Shown piece after piece: positions 12,800 through 26,279 of a stretch of 64,000 nt of DNA. Position 1 is the first letter of the stretch; every line of letters begins with the position of its first letter. The stretch spans positions 62,930,001 through 62,994,000 of the forward strand of contig OZ024742.1 in NCBI GenBank assembly GCA_964016885.1, given 5' to 3'. Source of the DNA: Eledone cirrhosa (lineage: Eukaryota). The position numbers and the translations under genes are program-made. Under the pieces are notes generated by a model, which worked only from the letters and a program-made list of their open reading frames with translations, did no database searches and was not told the origin of the DNA.

Positions 12800-15700
12800 C
12801 TTCTCTTTACTTCTTACTACCTGTCTCTCAGTCAGTCTGTCATCTCTTAACTTTTTACTATTTGTCTCTCTTTCAGTCTCTCTTCTCTTAACTTCTTACT
12901 ACCTGTCTCTCGGACAGTCTTTCATCTCTTAACTTCTTACTACCTGTCTCTCTGTCAGTCTGTCTTCTCTTAACTTCTTTCTACCTGTCTCACTGTCAGT
13001 CTGTCATCTCTTAACTTCTTACTACCTGTCTCTCTGTCAGTCTGTCTTCTCTTAACTTCTTACTACATGTCTCTCTGTCAGTCTGTCTTCTCTTAACTTC
13101 TTACTACATGTCTCTCTGTCAGTCTTTCATCGCTTAACTTCTTACTACCTGTCTCTCTGTCAGTCTGTCATCTCTTAACTTCTTACTACCTGTCTCTGTG
13201 TCAGTCTGTCTTCTCTTAACTTCTTGCTACATGTCTCTCTGTCAGTCTGTCTTCTCTTAACTTCTTACTACCTGTCTCTCTGTCAGTCTGTCTTCTCTTA
13301 AGTTCTTACTACATGTCTCTCTGTCAGTCTGTCTTCTCTTAACTTCTTACTACCTGTCTCTCTGTCAGTCTGTCGTCTCTTAACTTCTTACTACCTGTCT
13401 CTCTGTCAGTCTGTCATCTCTTAACTACTTACTATCTGTCTCTCTGTCAGTCTGTCTTCTCTTAACTTCTTACTACCTGTCTCTCTGTCAGTCTGTCTTC
13501 TCTTAACTTCTTACTACCTGTCTCTCTGTCAGTCTGTCATCTCTTAACTACTTACTATCTGTCTCTCTGTCAGTCTGTGTTCTCTTAACTCCTTACTACC
13601 TGCCTCTCTGTCAGTCTTTCATCTCTTAACTTCTTACTACCTGTCTCTCTGTCAGTCTGTTTTCTCTTAACTTCTTACTACATGTCTCTCTGTCAGTCTG
13701 TCTTCTCTTAACTTCTTACTACCTGTCTCTCGGTCAGTCTTTCATCTCTTAACTTCTTACTACCTGTCTCTCTGTCAGTCTGTCTTCACTTAACTTCTTA
13801 CTACCTGTCTCACTGTCAGTCTGTCATCTCTTAACTTCTTACTACCTGTCTCTCTGTCAGTCTGTCTTCTATTAACTTCTTACTACCTGTCTGTCTGTCA
13901 GTCTGTCTTCTCTTAACTTCTTACTACCTGTCTCTCTGTCAGTCTGTCATCTCTTAACTACTTACTATCTGTCTCTCTGTCAGTCTGTCTTCTCTTAACT
14001 TCTTACTACCTGCTTCTCTGTCAGTCTGTCATCTCTTAACTTCTTACTATCTCCCTCTCTGTCAGTCTGTCATCTCTTAACTACTTACTATCTGTCTCTC
14101 TGTCAGTCTGTCTTCTCTTACCTTCTTACTACCTGTCTCTCTGTCAGTCTGTCATCTCTTAACTTCTTACTACAGGTCTCTCTGTCAGTCTGTCTTCTCT
14201 TAACTTCTTACTACCTGTCTCTCTGTCAGTCTGTCATCTCTTAACTTCTTACTACCTGTCTCTCTGTCAGTCTGTCATCTCTTAACTTCTTACTACCTGT
14301 CTCTCTGTCAGTCTGTCATCTCTTAACTTCTTACTACCTGTCTCTCTGTCAGTCTGTCTTCTCTTTACTTCTTACTACCTGTCTCTCAGTCAGTCTGTCA
14401 TCTCTTAACTTTTTACTATTTGTCTCTCTTTCAGTCTCTCTTCTCTTAACTTCTTACTACCTGTCTCTCGGACAGTCTTTCATCTCTTAACTTCTTACTA
14501 CCTGTCTCTCTGTCAGTCTGTCTTCTCTTAACTTCTTACTACCTGTCTCACTGTCAGTCTGTCATCTCTTAACTTCTTACTACCTGTCTCTCTGTCAGTC
14601 TGTCTTCTCTTAACTTCTTACTACATGTCTCTCTGTCAGTCTGTCTTCTCTTAACTTCTTACTACATGTCTCTCTGTCAGTCTTTCATCGCTTAACTTCT
14701 TACTACCTGTCTCTCTGTCAGTCTGTCATCTCTTAACTTCTTACTACCTGTCTCTGTGTCAGTCTGTCTTCTCTTAACTTCTTGCTACATGTCTCTCTGT
14801 CAGTCTGTCTTCTCTTAACTTCTTACTACCTGTCTCTCTGTCAGTCTGTCTTCTCTTAAGTTCTTACTACATGTCTCTCTGTCAGTCTGTCTTCTCTTAA
14901 CTTCTTACTACCTGTCTCTCTGTCAGTCTGTCGTCTCTTAACTTCTTACTACCTGTCTCTCTGTCAGTCTGTCATCTCTTAACTACTTACTATCTGTCTC
15001 TCTGTCAGTCTGTCTTCTCTTAACTTCTTACTACCTGTCTCTCTGTCAGTCTGTCTTCTCTTAACTTCTTACTACCTGTCTCTCTGTCAGTCTGTCATCT
15101 CTTAACTACTTACTATCTGTCTCTCTGTCAGTCTGTGTTCTCTTAACTCCTTACTACCTGCCTCTCTGTCAGTCTTTCATCTCTTAACTTCTTACTACCT
15201 GTCTCTCTGTCAGTCTGTTTTCTCTTAACTTCTTACTACATGTCTCTCTGTCAGTCTGTCTTCTCTTAACTTCTTACTACCTGTCTCTCGGTCAGTCTTT
15301 CATCTCTTAACTTCTTACTACCTGGCTCTCTGTCAGTCTGTCTTCACTTAACTTCTTACTACCTGTCTCACTGTCAGTCTGTCATCTCTTAACTTCTTAC
15401 TACCTGTTTCTCTGTCAGTCTGTCTTCTATTAACTTCTTACTACCTGTCTCTCTGTCAGTCTGTCTTCTCTTAACTTCTTACTACCTGTCTCTCTGTCAG
15501 TCTGTCATCTCTTAACTACTTACTATCTGTCTCTCTGTCAGTCTGTCTTCTCTTAACTTCTTACTACCTGCTTCTCTGTCAGTCTGTCATCTCTTAACTT
15601 CTTACTATCTCCCTCTCTGTCAGTCTGTCATCTCTTAACTACTTACTATCTGTCTCTCTGTCAGTCTGTCCTCTCTTACCTTCTTACTACCTGTCTCTCT

Positions 15701-15900
15701 GTCAGTCTGTCATCTCTTAACTTCTTACTACAGGTCTCTCTGTCAGTCTGTCTTCTCTTAACTTCTTACTACCTGTCTCTCTGTCAGTCTGTCATCTCTT
15801 AACTTCTTACTACCTGTCTCTCTGTCAGTCTGTCATCTCTTAACTTCTTACTACCTGTCTCCCTGTCAGTCTGTCATCTCTTAACTTCTTACTACCTGTC
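12800..15900 (+). repeat. Tandem duplication of a 38-monomer (1,558-bp) block
   Basis: CTTTAC at 12805/14363, TATTTG at 12859/14417 and CAGG at 14173/15731 are all 1,558 bp (38x41) apart. A third related copy lies at ~9440-11000. Confidence 0.85.
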
Positions 15901-16779
15901 TCTCTGTCAATCTGTCTTCTCTTAACTTTTTACTACCTGTCTCCCTGTCAATCTGTCTTCTCTTAACTTCTTACTATCTGTCTCTCTGTTAGTCTGTCTT
16001 CTCTTAACTTCTTACTACCCGCTTCTCTGTCAGTCTGTCATCTCTTAACTTCTTACTACCTGTCTCTCTGTCAATCTGTCTTCTCTTAACTTCTTACTAC
16101 ATGTCTCTCTGTCATTCTGTCTTCTCTTAACTTCTTACTACCTGTCTCTCTGTCAGTCTGTCTTCACTTAACTTCTTACTACCTGTCTCTCTGACAGTCT
16201 GTCATCTCTTAACTTCTTACTACCTGTCTCTCTGTCAGTCTGTCATCTCTTAACTTCTTACGACCTGTCTCTCTGTCAGTCTGTGTTCTCTTAACTCCTT
16301 ACTACCTGCCTCTCTGTCAGTCTTTCATCTCTTAACTTTTTACTACCTGTCTCTCTGTCAGTCTGTCTTCTCTAAACTTCTTACTACATGTCACTCTGTC
16401 AGTCTGTCTTCTCTTAACTTCTTACTACCTGTCTCTCGGTCAGTCTTTCATCTCTTAACTTCTTACTACCTGTCTCTCTGTCAGTCTGTCTTCACTTAAC
16501 TTCTTACTACCTGTCTCTCTGTCAGTCTGTCTTCTATTAACTTCTTACTACCTGTCTCTCTGTCAGTCTGTCTTCTCTTAACTTCTTACTACCTGTCTCT
16601 CTGACAGTCTGTCATCTCTTAACTTCTTACTACCTGTCTCTCTGTCAGTCTGTCATCTCTTAACTTCTTACTACCTGTCTCTCTGTCAGTCTGTCATCTC
16701 TTAACTTCTTACTACCTGTCTCTCTGTCAGTCTGTCTTCTCTTAACTTCTTACTACATGTCTCTCTGTCAGTCTGTCTT

Positions 16780-19700
16780 CTCTTAACTTCTTACTACCTG
16801 TCTCTCTGTCAGTCTGTCTTCTCTTAACTTCTTACTACCTGTCTCTCTGTCAGTCTGTCATCTCTTAACTACTTACTATCTGTCTGTCTGTCAGTCTGTG
16901 TTCTCTTAACTCCTTACTACCTGCCTCTCTGTCAGTCTGTCAACTCTTAACTTCTTACTACCTGTCTCTCTGTCAGTCTGTCTTCTCTTAACTTCTTACT
17001 ACCTGTCTCTCTGTCAGTCTGTTTTCTCTTAACTTCTTACTACCTGTCTCTCTGACAGTCTGTCATCTCTTAACTTCTTACTACATGTCTCTCTGTCAGT
17101 CTGTCATCTCTCTACTTCTTACTACCTGTCTCTCTGTCAGTCTGTGTTCTCTTAACTCCTTACTACCTGCCTCTCTGTCAGTCTTTCATCTCTTAACTTC
17201 TTACTACCTGTCTCTCTGTCAGTCTGTCTCCTCTTAACTTCTTACTACCTGTCTCTCTTTCAGTCTGTTTTCTCTTAACTTCTTACTACCTGTCTCTCTG
17301 ACAGTCTGTCATCTCTTAACTTCTTACTACATGTCTCTCTGTCAGTCTGTCATCTCTTAACTTCTTACTACCTGTCTCTCTGTCAGTCTGTGTTCTCTTA
17401 ACTCCTTACTACCTGCCTCTCTGTCAGTCTGTCTTCTCTTAACTTCTTACTACCTGTCTCTCTGTCAGTCTTTCATTTCTTAACTTCTTACTACCTGTCT
17501 CTCTGTCAGTCTGTCTTCAATTAACTTCTTACTACCTGTCTCTCTGTCAGTCTGTCTTCTATTAACTTCTTACTACCTGTCTCTCTGTCAGTCTGTCTTC
17601 TCTTAACTTCTTACTACCTGTCTCTCTGACAGTCTGTCATCTCTTAACTTCTTACTACCTGTCTCTCTGTCAGTCTGTCATCTCTTAACTTCTTACTACC
17701 TGTCTCTCTGTCAGTCTGTCTTCTCTTAACTACTTACTATCTGTCTCTCTGTCAGTCTGTGTTCTCTTAACTCCTTACTACCTGCCTCTCTGTCAGTCTT
17801 TCATCACTTAACTTCTTACTATCAGTCTCTCTGTCAGTCTGTCTTCTCTTAACTTCTTACTACCTGTCTCTCTGTCAGTCTGTCTTCTCTTAACTTCTTA
17901 CTACCTGTCTCTCTGTCAGTCTGTCATCTCTTTACTTCTTACTACCTGTCTCTCAGTCAGTCTGTCATCTCTTAACTTTTTACTATTTGTCTCTCTTTCA
18001 GTCTCTCTTCTCTTAACGTCTTACTACCTGTCTCTCTGACAGTCTGTCATCTCTTAACTTCTTACTACCTGTCTCTCTGTCAGTCTGTCATCTCTTAACT
18101 TCTTACTACCTGTCTCTCTGTCAGTCTGTCTTCTCTTAACTACTTACTATCTGTCTCTCTGTCAGTCTATGTTCTCTTAACTCCTTACTACCTGCCTCTC
18201 TGTCAGTCTTTCATCTCTTAACTTCTTACTACCTGTCTCTCTGTCAGTCTGTCTTCTCTTAACTTCTTACTACCTGTCTCACTGTCAGTCTGTCATCTCT
18301 TAACTTCTTACTACCTGTCTCTCTGTCAGTCTGTCTTCTCTTAACTTTTACTACATGTCTCTCTGTCAGTCTTTCATCGCTTAAGTTCTTACTACCTGTC
18401 TCTCTGTCAGTCTGTCATCTCTTAACTTCTTACTACCTGTCTCTGTGTCAGTCTGTCTTCTCTTAACTTCTTGCTACATGTCTCTCTGTCAGTCTGTCTC
18501 CTCTTAACTTCTTACTACCTGTCTCTCTGTCAGTCTGTCTTCTCTTAACTTCTTACTACATGTCTCTCTGTCAGTCTGTCTTCTCTTAACTTCTTACTAC
18601 CTGTCTCTCTGTCAGTCTGTCTTCTCTTAACTTCTTACTACCTGTCTCTCTGTCAGTCTGTCATCTCTTAACTACTTACTATCTGTCTCTCTGTCAGTCT
18701 GTGTTCTCTTAACTCCTTACTACCTGTCTCTCTGTCAGTCTGTCATCTCTTAACTTCTTGCTACATGTCTCTCTGTCAGTCTCTCTTCTCTTAACTTCTT
18801 ACTATCTGCCTCTCTGTCAGTCTGTCATCTCTTAACTACTTACTATCTGTCTCTCTGTCAGTCTGTCTTCTCTTAACTTCTTACTACCTGTCTCTCTGTC
18901 AGTCTGTCGTCTCTTAACTTCTTACTACCTGTCTCTCTGTCAGTCTGTCATCTCTTAACTACTTACTATCTGTCTCTCTGTCAGTCTGTGTTCTCTTAAC
19001 TCCTTACTACCTGCCTCTCTGTCAGTCTTTCATCTCTTAACTTCTTACTACCTGTCTCTCTGTCAGTCTGTCTTCTCTTAACTTCTTACTACATGTCTCT
19101 CTGTCAGTCTGTCTTCTCTTAACTTCTTACTACCTGTCTCTCGGTCAGTCTTTCATCTCTTAACTTCTTACTACCTGTCTCTCTGTCAGTCTGTCTTCAC
19201 TTAACTTCTTACTACCTGTCTCTCTGTCAGTCTGTCTTCTCTTAACTTCTTACTACCTGTCTCTCTGTCAGTCTGTCATCTCTTAACTTCTTACTATCTG
19301 TCTCTCTGTCAGTCTGTCTTCTCTTAACTTCTTACTACCTGTCTCTCTGTCAGTCTGTCATCTCTTAACTTCTTAGTACCTGTCTCTCAGTCAGTCTGTC
19401 TTCTCTTAACTTCTTACTACCTGTCTCTCAGTCAGTCTGTCTTCTCTTAACTTCTTACTACCTGTCTCTCTGTCAGTCTGTCATCTCTTAACTTCTTAAT
19501 ACCTGTCTCTCTGTCAGTCTGTCTTCACTTAACTTCTTACTACCTGTCTCTCTGTCAGTCTGTCTTCTATTAACTTCTTACTACCTGTCTCTCTGTCAGT
19601 CTGTCTTCTCTTAACTTCTTACTACCTGTCTCTCTGACAGTCTGTCATCTCTTAACTTCTTACTACCTGTCTCTCTGTCAGTCTGTCATCTCTTAACTTC

Positions 19701-22700
19701 TTACTACCTGTCTCTCTGTCAGTCTGTCTTCTCTTAACTACTTACTATCTGTCTCTCTGTCAGTCTGTGTTCTCTTAACTCCTTACTACCTGCCTCTCTG
19801 TCAGTCTTTCATCTCTTAACTTCTTACTATCGGTCTCTCTGTCAGTCTGTCTTCTCTTAACTTCTTACTACCTGTCTCTCTGTCAGTCTGTCTTCTCTTA
19901 ACTTCTTACTACCTGTCTCTCTGTCAGTCTGTCATCTCTTTACTTCTTACTACCTGTCTCTCAGTCAGTCTGTCATCTCTTAACTTTTTACTATTTGTCT
20001 CTCTTTCAGTCTCTCTTCTCTTAACTTCTTACTACCTGTCTCTCGGACAGTCTTTCATCTCTTAACTTCTTACTACCTGTCTCTCTGTCAGTCTGTCTTC
20101 TCTTAACTTCTTACTACCTGTCTCACTGTCAGTCTGTCATCTCTTAACTTCTTACTACCTGTCTCTCTGTCAGTCTGTCTTCTCTTAACTTCTTACTACA
20201 TGTCTCTCTGTCAGTCTGTCTTCTCTTAACTTCTTACTACATGTCTCTCTGTCAGTCTTTCATCGCTTAACTTCTTACTACCTGTCTCTCTGTCAGTCTG
20301 TCTTCTCTTAACTTCTTACTACCTGTCTCACTGTCAGTCTGTCATCTCTTAACTTTTTACTATTTGTCTCTCTTTCAGTCTCTCTTCTCTTAACTTCTTA
20401 CTACCTGTCTCTCGGACAGTCTTTCATCTCTTAACTTCTTACTACCTGTCTCTCTGTCAGTCTGTCTTCTCTTAACTTCTTACTACCTGTCTCTCTGTCA
20501 GTCTGTCTTCTCTTAACTTCTTACTACCTGTCTCTCTGTCAGTCTGTCATCTCTTAACTACTTACTATCTGTCTGTCTGTCAGTCTGTGTTCTCTTAACT
20601 CCTTACTACCTGCCTCTCTGTCAGTCTGTCAACTCTTAACTTCTTACTACCTGTCTCTCTGTCAGTCTGTCTTCTCTTAACTTCTTACTACCTGTCTCTC
20701 TGTCAGTCTGTTTTCTCTTAACTTCTTACTACCTGTCTCTCTGACAGTCTGTCATCTCTTAACTTCTTACTACATGTCTCTCTGTCAGTCTGTCATCTCT
20801 CTACTTCTTACTACCTGTCTCTCTGTCAGTCTGTGTTCTCTTAACTCCTTACTACCTGCCTCTCTGTCAGTCTTTCATCTCTTAACTTCTTACTACCTGT
20901 CTCTCTGTCAGTCTGTCTCCTCTTAACTTCTTACTACCTGTCTCTCTTTCAGTCTGTTTTCTCTTAACTTCTTACTACCTGTCTCTCTGACAGTCTGTCA
21001 TCTCTTAACTTCTTACTACATGTCTCTCTGTCAGTCTGTCATCTCTTAACTTCTTACTACCTGTCTCTCTGTCAGTCTGTGTTCTCTTAACTCCTTACTA
21101 CCTGCCTCTCTGTCAGTCTGTCTTCTCTTAACTTCTTACTACCTGTCTCTCTGTCAGTCTTTCATTTCTTAACTTCTTACTACCTGTCTCTCTGTCAGTC
21201 TGTCTTCAATTAACTTCTTACTACCTGTCTCTCTGTCAGTCTGTCTTCTATTAACTTCTTACTACCTGTCTCTCTGTCAGTCTGTCTTCTCTTAACTTCT
21301 TACTACCTGTCTCTCTGACAGTCTGTCATCTCTTAACTTCTTACTACCTGTCTCTCTGTCAGTCTGTCATCTCTTAACTTCTTACTACCTGTCTCTCTGT
21401 CAGTCTGTCTTCTCTTAACTACTTACTATCTGTCTCTCTGTCAGTCTGTGTTCTCTTAACTCCTTACTACCTGCCTCTCTGTCAGTCTTTCATCACTTAA
21501 CTTCTTACTATCAGTCTCTCTGTCAGTCTGTCTTCTCTTAACTTCTTACTACCTGTCTCTCTGTCAGTCTGTCTTCTCTTAACTTCTTACTACCTGTCTC
21601 TCTGTCAGTCTGTCATCTCTTTACTTCTTACTACCTGTCTCTCAGTCAGTCTGTCATCTCTTAACTTTTTACTATTTGTCTCTCTTTCAGTCTCTCTTCT
21701 CTTAACGTCTTACTACCTGTCTCTCTGACAGTCTGTCATCTCTTAACTTCTTACTACCTGTCTCTCTGTCAGTCTGTCATCTCTTAACTTCTTACTACCT
21801 GTCTCTCTGTCAGTCTGTCTTCTCTTAACTACTTACTATCTGTCTCTCTGTCAGTCTATGTTCTCTTAACTCCTTACTACCTGCCTCTCTGTCAGTCTTT
21901 CATCTCTTAACTTCTTACTACCTGTCTCTCTGTCAGTCTGTCTTCTCTTAACTTCTTACTACCTGTCTCACTGTCAGTCTGTCATCTCTTAACTTCTTAC
22001 TACCTGTCTCTCTGTCAGTCTGTCTTCTCTTAACTTTTACTACATGTCTCTCTGTCAGTCTTTCATCGCTTAAGTTCTTACTACCTGTCTCTCTGTCAGT
22101 CTGTCATCTCTTAACTTCTTACTACCTGTCTCTGTGTCAGTCTGTCTTCTCTTAACTTCTTGCTACATGTCTCTCTGTCAGTCTGTCTCCTCTTAACTTC
22201 TTACTACCTGTCTCTCTGTCAGTCTGTCTTCTCTTAACTTCTTACTACATGTCTCTCTGTCAGTCTGTCTTCTCTTAACTTCTTACTACCTGTCTCTCTG
22301 TCAGTCTGTCTTCTCTTAACTTCTTACTACCTGTCTCTCTGTCAGTCTGTCATCTCTTAACTACTTACTATCTGTCTCTCTGTCAGTCTGTGTTCTCTTA
22401 ACTCCTTACTACCTGTCTCTCTGTCAGTCTGTCATCTCTTAACTTCTTGCTACATGTCTCTCTGTCAGTCTCTCTTCTCTTAACTTCTTACTATCTGCCT
22501 CTCTGTCAGTCTGTCATCTCTTAACTACTTACTATCTGTCTCTCTGTCAGTCTGTCTTCTCTTAACTTCTTACTACCTGTCTCTCTGTCAGTCTGTCGTC
22601 TCTTAACTTCTTACTACCTGTCTCTCTGTCAGTCTGTCATCTCTTAACTACTTACTATCTGTCTCTCTGTCAGTCTGTGTTCTCTTAACTCCTTACTACC

Positions 22701-23990
22701 TGCCTCTCTGTCAGTCTTTCATCTCTTAACTTCTTACTACCTGTCTCTCTGTCAGTCTGTCTTCTCTTAACTTCTTACTACATGTCTCTCTGTCAGTCTG
22801 TCTTCTCTTAACTTCTTACTACCTGTCTCTCGGTCAGTCTTTCATCTCTTAACTTCTTACTACCTGTCTCTCTGTCAGTCTGTCTTCACTTAACTTCTTA
22901 CTACCTGTCTCTCTGTCAGTCTGTCTTCTCTTAACTTCTTACTACCTGTCTCTCTGTCAGTCTGTCATCTCTTAACTTCTTACTATCTGTCTCTCTGTCA
23001 GTCTGTCTTCTCTTAACTTCTTACTACCTGTCTCTCTGTCAGTCTGTCATCTCTTAACTTCTTAGTACCTGTCTCTCAGTCAGTCTGTCTTCTCTTAACT
23101 TCTTACTACCTGTCTCTCAGTCAGTCTGTCTTCTCTTAACTTCTTACTACCTGTCTCTCTGTCAGTCTGTCATCTCTTAACTTCTTAATACCTGTCTCTC
23201 TGTCAGTCTGTCTTCACTTAACTTCTTACTACCTGTCTCTCTGTCAGTCTGTCTTCTATTAACTTCTTACTACCTGTCTCTCTGTCAGTCTGTCTTCTCT
23301 TAACTTCTTACTACCTGTCTCTCTGACAGTCTGTCATCTCTTAACTTCTTACTACCTGTCTCTCTGTCAGTCTGTCATCTCTTAACTTCTTACTACCTGT
23401 CTCTCTGTCAGTCTGTCTTCTCTTAACTACTTACTATCTGTCTCTCTGTCAGTCTGTGTTCTCTTAACTCCTTACTACCTGCCTCTCTGTCAGTCTTTCA
23501 TCTCTTAACTTCTTACTATCGGTCTCTCTGTCAGTCTGTCTTCTCTTAACTTCTTACTACCTGTCTCTCTGTCAGTCTGTCTTCTCTTAACTTCTTACTA
23601 CCTGTCTCTCTGTCAGTCTGTCATCTCTTTACTTCTTACTACCTGTCTCTCAGTCAGTCTGTCATCTCTTAACTTTTTACTATTTGTCTCTCTTTCAGTC
23701 TCTCTTCTCTTAACTTCTTACTACCTGTCTCTCGGACAGTCTTTCATCTCTTAACTTCTTACTACCTGTCTCTCTGTCAGTCTGTCTTCTCTTAACTTCT
23801 TACTACCTGTCTCACTGTCAGTCTGTCATCTCTTAACTTCTTACTACCTGTCTCTCTGTCAGTCTGTCTTCTCTTAACTTCTTACTACATGTCTCTCTGT
23901 CAGTCTGTCTTCTCTTAACTTCTTACTACATGTCTCTCTGTCAGTCTTTCATCGCTTAACTTCTTACTACCTGTCTCTCTGTCAGTCTGT
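16780..23990 (+). repeat. Tandem duplication with 3,689-bp period (90 monomers minus 1 bp)
   Basis: Variants TGTCTGTCTG 16881/20570, TCTAC 17111/20800, the short-monomer deletion ~18346/~22035, AAT 19498/23187 and TCGC 20263/23952 are all offset by exactly 3,689 bp. Confidence 0.9.
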
Positions 23991-26279
23991 CATCTCTTAA
24001 CTTCTTACTACCTGTCTCTCTGTCAGTCTGTCTTCACTTAACTTCTTACTACCTGTCTCTCTGTCAGTCTGTCTTCTATTAACTTCTTACTACCTGTCTC
24101 TGTGTCAGTCTGTCTTCTCTTAACTTCTTGCTACATGTCTCTCTGTCAGTCTGTCTTCTCTTAACTTCTTACTACCTGTCTCTCTGTCAGTCTGTCTTCT
24201 CTTAAGTTCTTACTGCATGTCTCTCTGTCAGTCTGTCTTCTCTTAACTTCTTACTACCTGTCTCTCTGTCAGTCTGTCGTCTCTTAACTCCTTACTACCT
24301 GTCTCTCTGTCAGTCTGTCATCTCTTAACTACTTACTATCTGTCTCTCTGTCAGTCTGTCTTCTCTTAACTTCTTACTACCTGTCTCTCTGTCAGTCTGT
24401 CTTCTCTTAACTTCTTACTACCTGTCTCTCTGTCAGTCTGTCATCTCTTAACTACTTACTATCTGTCTCTCTGTCAGTCTGTGTTCTCTTAACTCCTTAC
24501 TACCTGCCTCTCTGTCAGACTTTCATCTCTTAACTTCTTACTACCTGTCTCTCTGTCAGTCTGTTTTCTCTTAACTTCTTACTACATGTCTCTCTGTCAG
24601 TCTGTCTTCTCTTAACTTCTTACTACCTGTCTCTCGGTCAGTCTTTCATCTCTTAACTTCTTACTACCTGTCTCTCTGTCAGTCTGTCTTCACTTAACTT
24701 CTTACTACCTGTCTCACTGTCAGTCTGTCATCTCTTAACTTCTTACTACCTGTCTCTCTGTCAGTCTGTCTTCTATTAACTTCTTACTACCTGTCTCTCT
24801 GTCAGTCTGTCTTCTCTTAACTTCTTACTACCTGTCTCTCTGTCAGTCTGTCTTCTCTTAACTTCTTACTACATGTCTCTCTGTCAGTCTGTCTTCTCTT
24901 AACTTCTTACTACCTGTCTCTCTGTCAGTCTGTCTTCTCTTAACTTCTTACTACCTGTCTCTCTGTCAGTCTGTCATCTCTTAACTACTTACTATCTGTC
25001 TCTCTGTCAGTCTGTGTTCTCTTAACACCTTACTACCTGCCTCTCTGTCAGTCTTTCATCTCTTAACTTCTTACTACCTGTCTCTCTGTCAGTCTGTCTT
25101 CTCTTAACTTCTTAATACATGTCTCTCTGTCAGTCTGTCTTCTCTTAACTTCTTACTACCTGTCTCTCTGACAGTCTGTCATCTCTTAACTTCTTACTAC
25201 ATGTCTCTCTGTCAGTCTGTCTTCGCTTAACTTCTTACTACCTGTCTCTCTGTCAGTCTGTCTTCTCTTAACTTCTTACTACCTGTCTCTCAGTCAGTCT
25301 GTCTTCTCTTAACTTCTTACTACCTGTCTCTCTGTCAGTCTGTCATCTCTTAACTTCTTACTACCTGTCTCTCTGTCAGTCTGTCTTCACTTAACTTCTT
25401 ACTACCTGTCTCTCTGTCAGTCTGTCTTCTATTAACTTCTTACTACCTGTCTCTCTGTCAGTCTGTCTTCTCTTAACTTCTTACTACCTGTCTCTCTGAC
25501 AGTCTGTCATCTCTTAACTTCTTACTACCTGTCTCTCTGTCAGTCTGTCATCTCTTAACTTCTTACTACCTGTCTCTCTGTCAGTCTGTCTTCTCTTAAC
25601 TACTTACTATCTGTCTCTCTGTCAGTCTGTGTTCTCTTAACTCCTTACTACCTGCCTCTCTGTCAGTCTTTCATCTCTTAACTTCTTACTATCGGTCTCT
25701 CTGTCAGTCTGTCTTCTCTTAACTTCTTACTACCTGTCTCTCTGTCAGTCTGTCTTCTCTTAACTTCTTACTACCTGTCTCTCTGTCAGTCTGTCATCTC
25801 TTTACTTCTTACTACCTGTCTCTCAGTCAGTCTGTCATCTCTTAACTTTTTACTATTTGTCTCTCTTTCAGTCTCTCTTCTCTTAACTTCTTACTACCTG
25901 TCTCTCGGACAGTCTTTCATCTCTTAACTTCTTACTACCTGTCTCTCTGTCAGTCTGTCTTCTCTTAACTTCTTACTACCTGTCTCACTGTCAGTCTGTC
26001 ATCTCTTAACTTCTTACTACCTGTCTCTCTGTCAGTCTGTCTTCTCTTAACTTCTTACTACATGTCTCTCTGTCAGTCTGTCTTCTCTTAACTTCTTACT
26101 ACATGTCTCTCTGTCAGTCTTTCATCGCTTAACTTCTTACTAACTGTCTCTCTGTCAGTCTGTCATCTCTTAACTTCTTACTACCTGTCTCTGTGTCAGT
26201 CTGTCTTCTCTTAACTTCTTGCTACATGTCTCTCTGTCAGTCTGTCTTCTCTTAACTTCTTACTACCTGTCTCTCTGTC

